From Acidimicrobiales bacterium (GTDB lineage: Bacteria > Actinomycetota > Acidimicrobiia > Acidimicrobiales > SZUA-35), in NCBI GenBank assembly GCA_047638695.1, contig JBLINY010000014.1, forward strand, positions 1,488 to 65,487: a stretch of DNA of 64,000 nt, written 5' to 3'. Of the stretch, positions 35,254 to 43,950 are shown in pieces. The position numbers were made by a program, and so were the translations under genes. The notes under the pieces are model-generated. The model ran no database searches and was not told where the DNA came from. It saw only the letters and a list, made by a program, of their open reading frames with translations. Positions within the stretch are counted from its first letter, which is position 1. Every line of letters begins with the position of its first letter.

Positions 35254-36072
35254 TTGAGAATCGATGTGCTGCTCTCGCCGTTCGATGCGACTGTGGGTGG
35301 GCTGCGGGAGGCGGCAACGGCCGCAGACGAACTGGGTATCGAGGGTCTTTGGACCATGGACCACCTCACCGGCACCGTGCACGAGGGGCGAAAAACGGTG
35401 CTCGAGTCGCTGCTTTCGATGGCGGTAATGGCTGACGCGACTGAGCGCTGCCGCATCGGGCCGTTGGTGCTGAATGCCGTCCTTCGTCCGCCTGCCCTCT
35501 TGGCTCAATCGCTTGCCGGTTTGTATGAGCTCGCCGAGGGCCGGCTCATCGTTGGTTTGGGGGCCGGTGGTGGTGGTGGTGGCGATTACGGGGCCGAACT
35601 CTCGGCGGCGGGCCTGGTCGATCATCGCCCCGGCGTGCGGCGGCAGCGTTGTTCAGAAACGGTCGAGATCCTTCGACACCTGTGGAGCGGCTCTGACGAG
35701 TCATGGAGCGGAGAGCTTCACCAACTCGGTGGTGGTACGGGATTCGCAGCAATAGAGCTCCCTCCTCCCATCGTGATCGGCGGCTACGGCCCGAAGATGG
35801 CAACCCTCGCCGGCAAGCTCGCCGATGGCTTCAACACGGTGGCCACTCACCCCGAACTGCGCCAACTGCTTACGGTCGCCCGGTCTGCCGCTGCTGTCTC
35901 TTCGCGCTCCGAGCCTTTTGAGAGCAGCGTGTACGCCCGCTACGACCCGCTTTGGCTCGATCCCGATTCCGACGAACGGCAGCGACTCACCGATGCCGGG
36001 GTCGACACGCTGATTCTGATTTTGCAGGCGCCGCACGACCTCGATGTGCTCGAGCGCATCGGCCGGCCCTGA
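35254..36072 (+). CDS. LLM-class F420-dependent oxidoreductase
   Basis: 272 aa, TTG start. ...ELGIEGLWTMDHL...RLIVGLGAGGGGGGDYG.... It contains a short (GGT)5 run at 35568-35582. Confidence 0.8.
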   Translation: MRIDVLLSPFDATVGGLREAATAADELGIEGLWTMDHLTGTVHEGRKTVLESLLSMAVMADATERCRIGPLVLNAVLRPPALLAQSLAGLYELAEGRLIVGLGAGGGGGGDYGAELSAAGLVDHRPGVRRQRCSETVEILRHLWSGSDESWSGELHQLGGGTGFAAIELPPPIVIGGYGPKMATLAGKLADGFNTVATHPELRQLLTVARSAAAVSSRSEPFESSVYARYDPLWLDPDSDERQRLTDAGVDTLILILQAPHDLDVLERIGRP

Positions 36073-36151
36073 GTCCGAATCAGGGCGCTCGACTGAGGCA
36101 AAACGGGCGCAGCTAGCCTATGCCCGGTGCACATTGCGGGAACGGGCTGAC

Positions 36152-39100
36152 GTGGATATCTCGTATCCGCCCGAGCTCCCGATCTCCGAACGGGTGGCCG
36201 AGATCAGCGCCGCCATTACCGACCACCAAGTTGTCGTGGTCGCGGGCGAAACCGGTTCGGGAAAGAGCACCCAATTGCCGAAAATCTGCCTCGAACTCGG
36301 ACGCGGGGTCGAGGGTCGCATCGGGCATACCCAGCCGCGGCGCCTCGCAGCCCGATCTGTGGCCGAGCGTGTGGCGGAAGAACTCTCGGTGTCGGTCGGC
36401 AACGAAGTCGGGTTCGCCGTGCGCTTCAACGATCGAGTGGGTGCCAACACTCGTCTGAAGGTCATGACCGATGGCATCTTGCTGGCCGAGATTCAGCGAG
36501 ATCGGATGCTGACGGGCTACGACACCCTGATAATTGACGAAGCCCACGAGCGAAGTCTCAACATCGACTTCCTCCTGGGGTATCTCAAACAGCTTCTGCC
36601 CCGACGGCCAGACCTTCGGCTAATTATCACCTCCGCCACCATCGACACCGAGCGCTTCTCTCAGCACTTCGGCGATGCACCGGTGATCGAGGTGACGGGT
36701 CGAACCCACCCGGTCGAGCTTCGCTACCGGCCTCTCTCGGGGCCTGAGGTTGCTGAAGACCGGGACCAGTCTCAGGGGATCTGCGACGCGGTGCAGGACC
36801 TTGTGCGCGAAGGACCCGGCGACATCCTGGTCTTCTGTAGTGGAGAACGCGAGATTCGGGATGCAGCCGATGCATTGGGTGAGCTCAAGCTCAACGACAC
36901 GGAAATCTTTCCGCTTTTCGCCCGCTTGTCGAGCGCCGAGCAGCACCGGGTGTTCCAGTCTCATCGTGGTCGTCGCATCGTCTTGGCGACCAACGTGGCG
37001 GAAACCAGCCTGACGGTGCCCGGCATCCTCTTTGTTGTCGATCCCGGCACCGCTCGTATTTCTCGCTACAACCTACGTACCAAAGTGCAGCGACTCCCGA
37101 TCGAGGCCGTATCGCAGGCATCGGCCAATCAGCGGGCTGGTCGGTGCGGTCGGGTGGCGCCCGGCATCTGCATCCGACTGTATTCCGAGGACGACTTCGA
37201 CAGCCGTCCCGAGTTCACCGAGCCCGAGATTCAGCGAACCAACCTCAGCTCCGTCATCTTGCAGATGGCGGCGCTTGACCTCGGCGAAATCGAGGCCTTT
37301 CCGTTCGTGCAGCCGCCCGATCGGCGCAACATTCGCGACGGCATTCTGCTGCTGGAAGAGCTTGGCGCGGTCGACCCCGAGCATCAGGGAACCAAGCAGT
37401 GGCTCACTCCATTGGGCCGACAGCTCGCTCGCCTCCCGCTCGACCCCCGGCTGGCCCGCATGATCATCGAGGCCGACCGCTTCGATTGTGTGCACGAGGT
37501 GCTGGTCATTACCGCCGGCATGTCGATTCAAGATCCCCGAGAGCGTCCCCGAGACAAGCAGCAGGTAGCCGACGAATTCCATCGCCGTTTCGCCGACGAG
37601 CACTCGGACTTCTTGTCGCTGCTGCATCTGTGGGAGTACGTCAACGACGAGAAGAAGTCGCGTTCGTCGGGGCAGTTCCGTCGGATGTGCAAGAAGGAAT
37701 TTCTGAACTGGTCGCGGCTTCGCGAGTGGCAAGACCTGCACAGTCAGCTCCGGCGAGTCTCCAACGACATGAAACTCCGCCGCAATCGGCGACCAGCTGC
37801 GCCCGACGACATCCATCGGGCCCTGCTCGCCGGTTTGTTGTCTCATGTCGGCCAGATTCGTCCACCAGACAAGGGGAAGGGCGGCGGCGAGCGCGGCAGC
37901 CGGGCACCTGACAAGCGACGGACCGGGCGCGAATACATGGGTGCTCGGAGCTCCCGCTTTGCCATCGACCGCAGTTCGGCCCTGGCTGGCAGTGGTACCG
38001 AGTGGGTGATGGCGGCAGAGCTGGTCGAGACCAACCGGATGTGGGCTCGTCTGGTGGCGCCCATCGAACCCGAGTGGGCCGAAGACTTGGCCGGCTCGCT
38101 TGCCACTCGTAGTCACGACGAGCCGGTGTGGGACTCGACTCGTGCTTCGGCCGTCGTCCACGAACGAGTCACTCTTTTCGGGCTGTCGTTGGTCGTTGGG
38201 CGACGGGTGCAGTATGTCAACGTCGATCCGAAGGGCGCTCGACTCCTTTTCATCGAGACGGCGTTGGTCGATGGTCGCTGGGAAGTCGACTACCCGTTCC
38301 AGAAGCAACACGCTGCGACTCGACGTGAGGCCATGGCGCTTGAAGCTCGAACTCGGCACCCCGGTCACGGGGTGGATCGAGAGCGACTGATCGCCTTCTA
38401 TGAAGCACGCCTTGGTTCCGGTGTTGCAAACGCCAAGGCCTTCGACCGGTGGTGGAAACGGACGGTTCCGACTGCCCCAGACGTATTCGATATGCAGTTG
38501 GCTGACGTGACTCGGGCTGATCCAGATCTGATCGACGCCGCTGCCTTCCCCGACTGGTGGACTGAACCAACAGGACGATTCCGAGTCCACTATGAGCTCG
38601 ACCCCGACAGCGAGAGCGATGGCGTGACCATCGAGCTCCCAATGGCCAAACTCAAATCGGTCGATGCCGCCCCGTTTACCTGGAACGTTCCGGGCCATCA
38701 CGAGGAGCTCATCGCCGGGTTGCTGCGGAGCTTGCCCCGAGACGTCCGGAAGCCGTTCGTACCTATCCCCGACACCGCGGCCGACGTTCTCGGCGAGCTC
38801 GAACGAGGTGTGGGCGACATCCGAGTCGCGCTGGCGACCTCACTGACCAAGCGCTCGGGTGTCAGTGTCCAACCATCGATGCTGCGCCTCGATGCCATTC
38901 CCGCTCACCTCCGACCCACCTTGCTGTTGCTCGACGAGTCAGGCGAGCCATTCCTCGAGAGCAAGGATCTTGAAGCTCTGAAGCAGGCAATGGACGACCG
39001 AGTGCGTTCGTCTTTGGACGAGGCGACGCATGATGTCGAACGCATCGGTCTCACCAGCTGGGACTTGGGTTCACTCCCCCGCACGGTCGAGACGACCAGC

Positions 39101-39883
39101 GAGGGCCACACGGTCAAGGCCTATCCGGCCCTGGCAGATCGAGAATCCGCAGTCGACATCGTGCTTGCAGCATCCGTTGAAGAACAGACGGACAGCCATT
39201 GGGAGGGCACTCGCCGGCTGCTCAGGTTCGGTATGGCCGCCCCGGTGAAGCAACTCGACCGGGCATTGTCGAATGAGGCCAAACTTGCGCTGGCTGCTGG
39301 CGATCAGGGCCGGGCCAGCTGGTACAACGACGCCATCACCTGTGTGCTCGACCACCTCCTGGAGCGCCACGGAGGTCTGGTCTGGGATGCTGACGGCTTC
39401 GACGCGCTGCTGCGTTCGGTCAGGGCCGATTTCGCCGATGCCCTCGTGACGGCCGCGGGCAACGTCGAGCGATTGGCCGTTGCCTATCAAGACATGCGGT
39501 TGGCTTTGCTGCAAGGCCGTGGATCGGCGACCTCACTCGCAGATTGCCGACAGCACATCGAGCGGCTCGTCTACGACGGTTTCCTCACCGCCGTCGGCCT
39601 CGACCGGCTCGCCGACATCGAGCGTTACGTCGCCGGATTGCGGTACCGGCTAGACCGCCTCGATGACGGTCAACGCGACGCTCAACTGATGGCCCAGTGT
39701 CACGGACTCGAAGCCGACTACGCCGCTGCTGCGGCCAGGCTTCCCTGGTCGGCCGAGATCGAGGACATCGGTTGGATGCTCGAAGAGTTCCGCGTCAGCA
39801 CCTTCGCTCAACCCATAGGCGCCGGCTCCCCGGTCAGTGCCAAACGCATCCGCAAAGCGCTCGGCACTCTCACCCCCGCGTAA
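36152..39883 (+). CDS. hrpA: ATP-dependent RNA helicase HrpA (DEAH box)
   Basis: Motifs ISYPPELPISERV, VVAGETGSGKSTQLPK, IIDEAHERS, TSATID, TNVAETSLTVPGI and QRAGRCGR, plus a long HA2/OB and C-terminal region. The track start at 36044 overlaps the previous gene. GTG 36152 or TTG 36134 is more likely. Confidence 0.9.
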   Translation: MDISYPPELPISERVAEISAAITDHQVVVVAGETGSGKSTQLPKICLELGRGVEGRIGHTQPRRLAARSVAERVAEELSVSVGNEVGFAVRFNDRVGANTRLKVMTDGILLAEIQRDRMLTGYDTLIIDEAHERSLNIDFLLGYLKQLLPRRPDLRLIITSATIDTERFSQHFGDAPVIEVTGRTHPVELRYRPLSGPEVAEDRDQSQGICDAVQDLVREGPGDILVFCSGEREIRDAADALGELKLNDTEIFPLFARLSSAEQHRVFQSHRGRRIVLATNVAETSLTVPGILFVVDPGTARISRYNLRTKVQRLPIEAVSQASANQRAGRCGRVAPGICIRLYSEDDFDSRPEFTEPEIQRTNLSSVILQMAALDLGEIEAFPFVQPPDRRNIRDGILLLEELGAVDPEHQGTKQWLTPLGRQLARLPLDPRLARMIIEADRFDCVHEVLVITAGMSIQDPRERPRDKQQVADEFHRRFADEHSDFLSLLHLWEYVNDEKKSRSSGQFRRMCKKEFLNWSRLREWQDLHSQLRRVSNDMKLRRNRRPAAPDDIHRALLAGLLSHVGQIRPPDKGKGGGERGSRAPDKRRTGREYMGARSSRFAIDRSSALAGSGTEWVMAAELVETNRMWARLVAPIEPEWAEDLAGSLATRSHDEPVWDSTRASAVVHERVTLFGLSLVVGRRVQYVNVDPKGARLLFIETALVDGRWEVDYPFQKQHAATRREAMALEARTRHPGHGVDRERLIAFYEARLGSGVANAKAFDRWWKRTVPTAPDVFDMQLADVTRADPDLIDAAAFPDWWTEPTGRFRVHYELDPDSESDGVTIELPMAKLKSVDAAPFTWNVPGHHEELIAGLLRSLPRDVRKPFVPIPDTAADVLGELERGVGDIRVALATSLTKRSGVSVQPSMLRLDAIPAHLRPTLLLLDESGEPFLESKDLEALKQAMDDRVRSSLDEATHDVERIGLTSWDLGSLPRTVETTSEGHTVKAYPALADRESAVDIVLAASVEEQTDSHWEGTRRLLRFGMAAPVKQLDRALSNEAKLALAAGDQGRASWYNDAITCVLDHLLERHGGLVWDADGFDALLRSVRADFADALVTAAGNVERLAVAYQDMRLALLQGRGSATSLADCRQHIERLVYDGFLTAVGLDRLADIERYVAGLRYRLDRLDDGQRDAQLMAQCHGLEADYAAAAARLPWSAEIEDIGWMLEEFRVSTFAQPIGAGSPVSAKRIRKALGTLTPA

Positions 39884-40155
39884 CCTCGAACCTGGCCGCC
39901 AGGGGCTGCGTCGCCCGCGAATCGGTAGAGAGGCCACGTGTCGGCCTTCAGCTGGAAGGTGCCGTTGGAGCGTTCGGTCACGGTGAACACATCGGGGTCC
40001 AAGCCAGCCGGCAAGTCAGCTGACTCGACGAGCGCGGGCGGCCAAGCATCAGCGCAAGCTGCCGCGCAGGTTGGACTGCCATCCCTGTCATCAATTGCCG
40101 GTTGTTCGCATGTTTGATTCCTCTCGTTGGCGGGTGGTTGGTCTTGGCCGTTGGG
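39808..40155 (-). pseudogene. Relic of a Yx(FWY)xxD-motif lipoprotein domain (COG4315/PF03640-like) lacking its own start
   Basis: This lies in frame directly after the TGA at 40156-40158. The translation is ...DGSPTCAAACADAWPPALVESADLPAGLDPDVFTVTERSNGTFQLKADTWPLYRFAGDAAPGGQ... There is no ATG/GTG/TTG before the TTG at 40014. The 3' end overlaps hrpA by 76 nt. Confidence 0.4.
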
Positions 40156-40419
40156 TCAGGCTTCGATGGTGATGACGCCGGTCATCGATGGGTGGATTGA
40201 GCAGAAGAACTCGTAAGTCCCAGGTTCGGTTGGGAGGGTGAAGCCGGGGCGGTTGGCGGTTTGGCGGTAATCGTTGTTGGTTCGGTGATCATGGTTTCGG
40301 GTTCCCTGTCGATCGTGTGCACAACGGGTGGTTCGAGTCGCCTCAGTTGCGGATTCGATGTCCTGTACGCTGGGCGGCTCACTCTGGTTCGCGATTTCCC
40401 AGATTGTTTTCGAAGTCAC
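40156..40419 (-). pseudogene. Cupredoxin C-terminal relic (type-1 copper ligand loop only)
   Basis: The 87-aa ORF ends in PGTYEFFCSIHPSMTGVITIEA, a Cys-x2-His-x2-Met cupredoxin loop. The preceding 60 aa (His/Arg/Thr/Asn-rich) lack the cupredoxin beta-strands and the upstream His ligand context, and there is no signal peptide. Confidence 0.4.
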
Positions 40420-40426
40420 GATTTGA

Positions 40427-41017
40427 GTGCACGATGTAAGGACGTACGTGAGCGAGCTGATGGCCCAGTTTCGGGCGGGAGACGAAGAGGCAGTACGAGA
40501 GGTTCACCAGCGTTATGGCGGAGCGGTTCGCACGATCGCTCGCTCGATGCTGTCGGATCCGGAGCTGATCGCAGAGGTGGTCCAGCAGACGTTCGTCAAG
40601 GCATGGCGGGGAGCTGCGAGTTTCGACCAAGACCGAGAGATCGCGCCTTGGCTCTACGCCATCGCCCGACGTACCACGATTGACCTGATTCGGCGGGAAG
40701 ACAGGACTGCGCTTCTATCCACTGAAGAGGAGGGAGATGTGGCCGTCACCACCATTTCCTTCGATCGAGTGTGGGAGGTATGGGAGGTTCGGCGCGCGGT
40801 CGACGATCTTCCGGCCGGTGAGCGCGACGTCGTACGCTTGTGCAACTTGGAAGGGTTCACTCATGAAGAGGTGGCCGGAGCGCTGGGGATCCCGGTGGGA
40901 ACAGTGAAATCGCGGTCAGGACGTGCATATAAGCGTCTGGCTGCCGCTCTCCGGCACTTGGACCTGTTCGCGAACCAAACCGACGGCTCCCACGTAGAGG
41001 GGGGTGAACCGAGATGA
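40427..41017 (+). CDS. ECF-type RNA polymerase sigma-70 family factor
   Basis: Region 2 reads PWLYAIARRTTIDLIRRE and region 4 reads ERDVVRLCNLEGFTHEEVAGALGIPVGTVKSRSGRAYKRL. The true start may be GTG 40448 or ATG 40460. Confidence 0.85.
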   Translation: MHDVRTYVSELMAQFRAGDEEAVREVHQRYGGAVRTIARSMLSDPELIAEVVQQTFVKAWRGAASFDQDREIAPWLYAIARRTTIDLIRREDRTALLSTEEEGDVAVTTISFDRVWEVWEVRRAVDDLPAGERDVVRLCNLEGFTHEEVAGALGIPVGTVKSRSGRAYKRLAAALRHLDLFANQTDGSHVEGGEPR

Positions 41018-41694
41018 CTGACAGCAATTCGAGTGACGAACTCAACGAAGAAGAGATCCGTCAGCTCGACGCGCTGCTGGCGAATCCCAATCTGTGGGAA
41101 GAAGCTGAGGCAACCGACGAAGATGCCATCGTCGCCATGATCCGCGCCGAGATAGAGCGAAGCGCCAGTGGGATAGAGCGAAGCACAGCGACTGGGATAG
41201 AGCTCAGCCCAGCAGCCGAGCCGGCCGTGGCTAGCGATAACGTCGTGTCACTCGCCCGCCCGCGGCGGTGGTTGACGCCCGTGCTCAGCGCCGCCGCACT
41301 CGTCGTTGCGCTGATGGGTGTGGCGGTCTTTATGTCGTTCGACGGGCGCGAAGATGGCGTTGTAGAGCTAGCACTTCAGGGAACCGACCTGGCGCCCGCA
41401 GCTACGGCGACCGCCAGAATCGTCGACCTCCCGGCAGGAACCCGGATCGAACTTGCTGTCTCCAGTTTGGAGGCAGCGGCTCCGGGGACGTACTACGAAG
41501 TCTGGCTTCGCCAGGACGCAGAGATCGGCGTGAGTGCCGGTACGTTCCATCTACGAGGTGGTGACAGCGGAATCGAGCTGTGGGCCGGGGTATCGGCAGA
41601 CGACTATCCGCTGGTCACCATCACCATCCAGGACGAAGCCGAACCGGCTTCGTCCGGTCGCGTGGTACTCAAAGGCCTTCTCGAAAACGGTTGA
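41014..41694 (+). CDS. Anti-sigma factor, RskA-like extracytoplasmic domain
   Basis: It overlaps the sigma gene by 4 nt. It has a single TM segment (WLTPVLSAAALVVALMGVAVFM) and a C-terminus YYEVWLRQ...GTFHL...DYPLVTITIQDE similar to the anti-sigma-K C-domain. The N-terminus is acidic and has no HxxxCxxC. Confidence 0.7.
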   Translation: MTDSNSSDELNEEEIRQLDALLANPNLWEEAEATDEDAIVAMIRAEIERSASGIERSTATGIELSPAAEPAVASDNVVSLARPRRWLTPVLSAAALVVALMGVAVFMSFDGREDGVVELALQGTDLAPAATATARIVDLPAGTRIELAVSSLEAAAPGTYYEVWLRQDAEIGVSAGTFHLRGGDSGIELWAGVSADDYPLVTITIQDEAEPASSGRVVLKGLLENG

Positions 41695-41757
41695 GAGTCT
41701 CGTTGCTCCGGCGTCCGATTTCGGGGAGTGTCAGTCCCCGTTGTCAGGATGGTGCAT

Positions 41758-42045
41758 ATGACCATCTTCGAGATTCTCTTCACCTCTGGCGAGACGCTGC
41801 GGCTCGAAGGCGCAGACGGTTACCAGCCTGAGGGCGTCATGACCACATTCTTTGCGTCGGGCTCGAGCCGATCGACCATCGACTCATGGTCTACCCGGAT
41901 TGCCTCGTACCGCACGGCCGACGTCGTTTCGGTCGTCCGAACCCGCCGGGACATCATTGATCTCACCGTCGTGCATGACGACGTTGCCTTGGCTCGTGCC
42001 GGGCTCGAGGCTGCGAGCGGACCGTTCGTCTCGCTCGCAGCCTGA
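41758..42045 (+). CDS. Hypothetical small protein
   Basis: 95 aa from ATG 41758, with an AGGA 10 nt upstream. The codon bias is good. No family recognised. Confidence 0.45.
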   Translation: MTIFEILFTSGETLRLEGADGYQPEGVMTTFFASGSSRSTIDSWSTRIASYRTADVVSVVRTRRDIIDLTVVHDDVALARAGLEAASGPFVSLAA

Positions 42046-42079
42046 GCAATCCTCGCAGTGACGAAGACTGCGGAAGGTT

Positions 42080-42407
42080 CTAGGCCTCGGCCGGAATGCG
42101 CAAGACTTGGCCGGGGAAGATCAGGTCGGGATTGCTGAGCATGGGCTTGTTGGCTTCAAAGATCACCGGGTACTTGCTGGCATCGCCATAGTGCTCCTTG
42201 GCGATCTTCGAAAGAGTGTCGCCACTCTCGACGACGTGCAGCTTTCTTGGCCGCCGCGGTCTTGCGGCTTGCACGTTGCGCGTCTGCAGCCTTCTTGGCC
42301 GCGTCAACACTGGCCGCAGCAATTGATGCGTCCTTGGCCTTGTCCTCTTTCGAGTCGCCGATGCCGACTTTGGCGCCAGCCTCTTTCACGAAATCGAATA
42401 CGCCCAT
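42080..42407 (-). pseudogene. YgaU/Kbp-like LysM protein, frameshifted near 42243-42249
   Basis: The N-terminus MGVFDFVKEAGAKVG (frame of track ORF 42156..42587), preceded by AAGGAA, matches the YgaU N-terminus. The LysM domain HVVESGDTLSKIAKEHYGDASKYPVIFEANKPMLSNPDLIFPGQVLRIP is in the frame of track ORF 42080..42322. Removing one A from AAGAAAG joins them. Confidence 0.6.
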
Positions 42408-42483
42408 GATTGTTTCCTTCTGTCGTGTACCCCTTGGTGGGAAGCGTGGCCCTAATGCGCCTTCGATCGCCGCCACCCGCCAA

Positions 42484-42954
42484 ATGGTGAATGTCTCAGT
42501 TCGTGTCATCACTTCGGGCTTCCTAGGGTGTCGAGGTGCTGACCTTCGAGAACCTCCTGGCGTTGTCACCGGAGCCGGAAGCGGCATGGGTCAGGAGCTT
42601 GCCGTGCAGCTGAGCGCAGCTGACGCAGACCTGGCCCTCTGTGACATTTCTGAGGCTGGGATGGCGGAAACCGTGGCGAAGTGCGCAAGCGGCCGTCGGG
42701 TCATTCTGCATGCACCGCACGTAAAGTGTTCGGTCGTGATGCCCGGCCACATCAGCACGGGCATCGCCCTCAACTCGGCGCTGGTGCAAGGGGCCGAGGC
42801 TTCGCCCGCCGTCACCGAATGGACCAACATATTTCGGAACAACGCGCCAACGTCGTCTGGCCAGGCTGCCGCTGTCATTCTGGACGGCGTCGAAGCTGGT
42901 CAGTGGCGCATTCTTGTTGCTGACGATGCTCGCGTGACCGACACCAAATTGTGA
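42484..42954 (+). pseudogene. Short-chain dehydrogenase/reductase remnant with an internal deletion
   Basis: The N-terminal cofactor motif VVTGAGSGMGQELAVQL...LCDISEAGMAETVAKCA joins directly to the C-terminal VKCSVVMPGHISTGI segment. The NNAG and catalytic Ser/YxxxK regions are absent. Only about 157 codons are available. Confidence 0.5.
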
Positions 42955-43931
42955 GAGCCGTCACCCGGCTAAGAGGCCGGAGTTCGGCAGCATCGGCCGT
43001 TGGCGCCTCGACGGACGCCAAGAACCAGCCCGGAGGCAAGAAGATCCCCGCCGCCGCTACGCCCGGCCTTGTCATGGCGGCCATCATCGTTTTCTGGGGT
43101 TTGGGGCCACCTCTGTCGAAGTTGATCGAGGCGCCGCCGGTCATCTCGGTGCTCTACCGCTTCTGGCTTTCTGTCCCGTTGCTCTTTGCTCTGGCCGCGG
43201 CCCGCGGTAATCCGCCGACCCTGGCGTCGGTTAAGAAGGCGGGTTGGGCCGGGGCCGCGTTTGGTATCAATCTCGTCTTTGTCTTTTTGGCTATCAACGA
43301 GGCTGCTGTCGCCGTGCTCAGCGTCATGGCAACCCTGCAACCCGGCGTCATTCTGCTACTCGCCGGGCGCTTTCTGGGCGAAAGAGCTACCTGGTGGCAT
43401 GCCCTCTGGACGTTGGTTGGGATCGGGGGCACCGTCGTTGTCGTTGTTGGCGGCGGCGACGATTTCGACGTCAACCTCCTCGCAGTCTTCTATGCCCTTG
43501 CGTCTCAGGGCTTCTTCACCGGGTACTTCCTGATTACAAAGCGAGTCCGAAGCCAGCACGACATCGACTCGGTGCAATGGATGGCCGGTGTCGTAGTGTT
43601 CGCAGCTCTTGCGGTCACGCCATGGGCTTTGCTTACGAGCAGCCCCGCCGATTATCTGGCCATCAACGGCATCGATTGGCTCTGGCTTTCACTCATCATT
43701 GTCTTCACCGGTGGGATCGGCCACGTGATGATGGCCTGGGTCCACCGCTACATCGACGCATCGCGGTCGTCCCTCTATCTCTTATCGATGAATGTTGTGG
43801 CCATCGTTGCTGCATGGTTCATCCACGACGAGCCTCTGGGTCCGATTCAGCTGCTCGGGGGCGTTGTGGTTTTCGCTGCCGTTACCGCCGTCATCAGCCG
43901 ACCGGCAATACCGATCGCCTCCGACACGTAA
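42951..43931 (+). CDS. EamA/DMT-family transporter
   Basis: About 10 hydrophobic segments in a two-EamA-repeat architecture. The GTG overlaps the upstream TGA. The start is uncertain. Confidence 0.75.
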   Translation: MRAVTRLRGRSSAASAVGASTDAKNQPGGKKIPAAATPGLVMAAIIVFWGLGPPLSKLIEAPPVISVLYRFWLSVPLLFALAAARGNPPTLASVKKAGWAGAAFGINLVFVFLAINEAAVAVLSVMATLQPGVILLLAGRFLGERATWWHALWTLVGIGGTVVVVVGGGDDFDVNLLAVFYALASQGFFTGYFLITKRVRSQHDIDSVQWMAGVVVFAALAVTPWALLTSSPADYLAINGIDWLWLSLIIVFTGGIGHVMMAWVHRYIDASRSSLYLLSMNVVAIVAAWFIHDEPLGPIQLLGGVVVFAAVTAVISRPAIPIASDT

Positions 43932-43950
43932 ACGCCCCACTGGCTTCGGC

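Noticed and set aside
37073-38701. 542-aa minus-strand ORF
   Set aside because: It is antisense to hrpA, whose helicase motifs are unambiguous. It is Arg/Pro/Gly-rich and looks like a shadow ORF.
42051-42077. Terminator hairpin after the small hypothetical gene
   Set aside because: The stem (cctcgcag / ctgcggaagg) is imperfect with bulges and has no U-tract. It is too weak to report as a feature.
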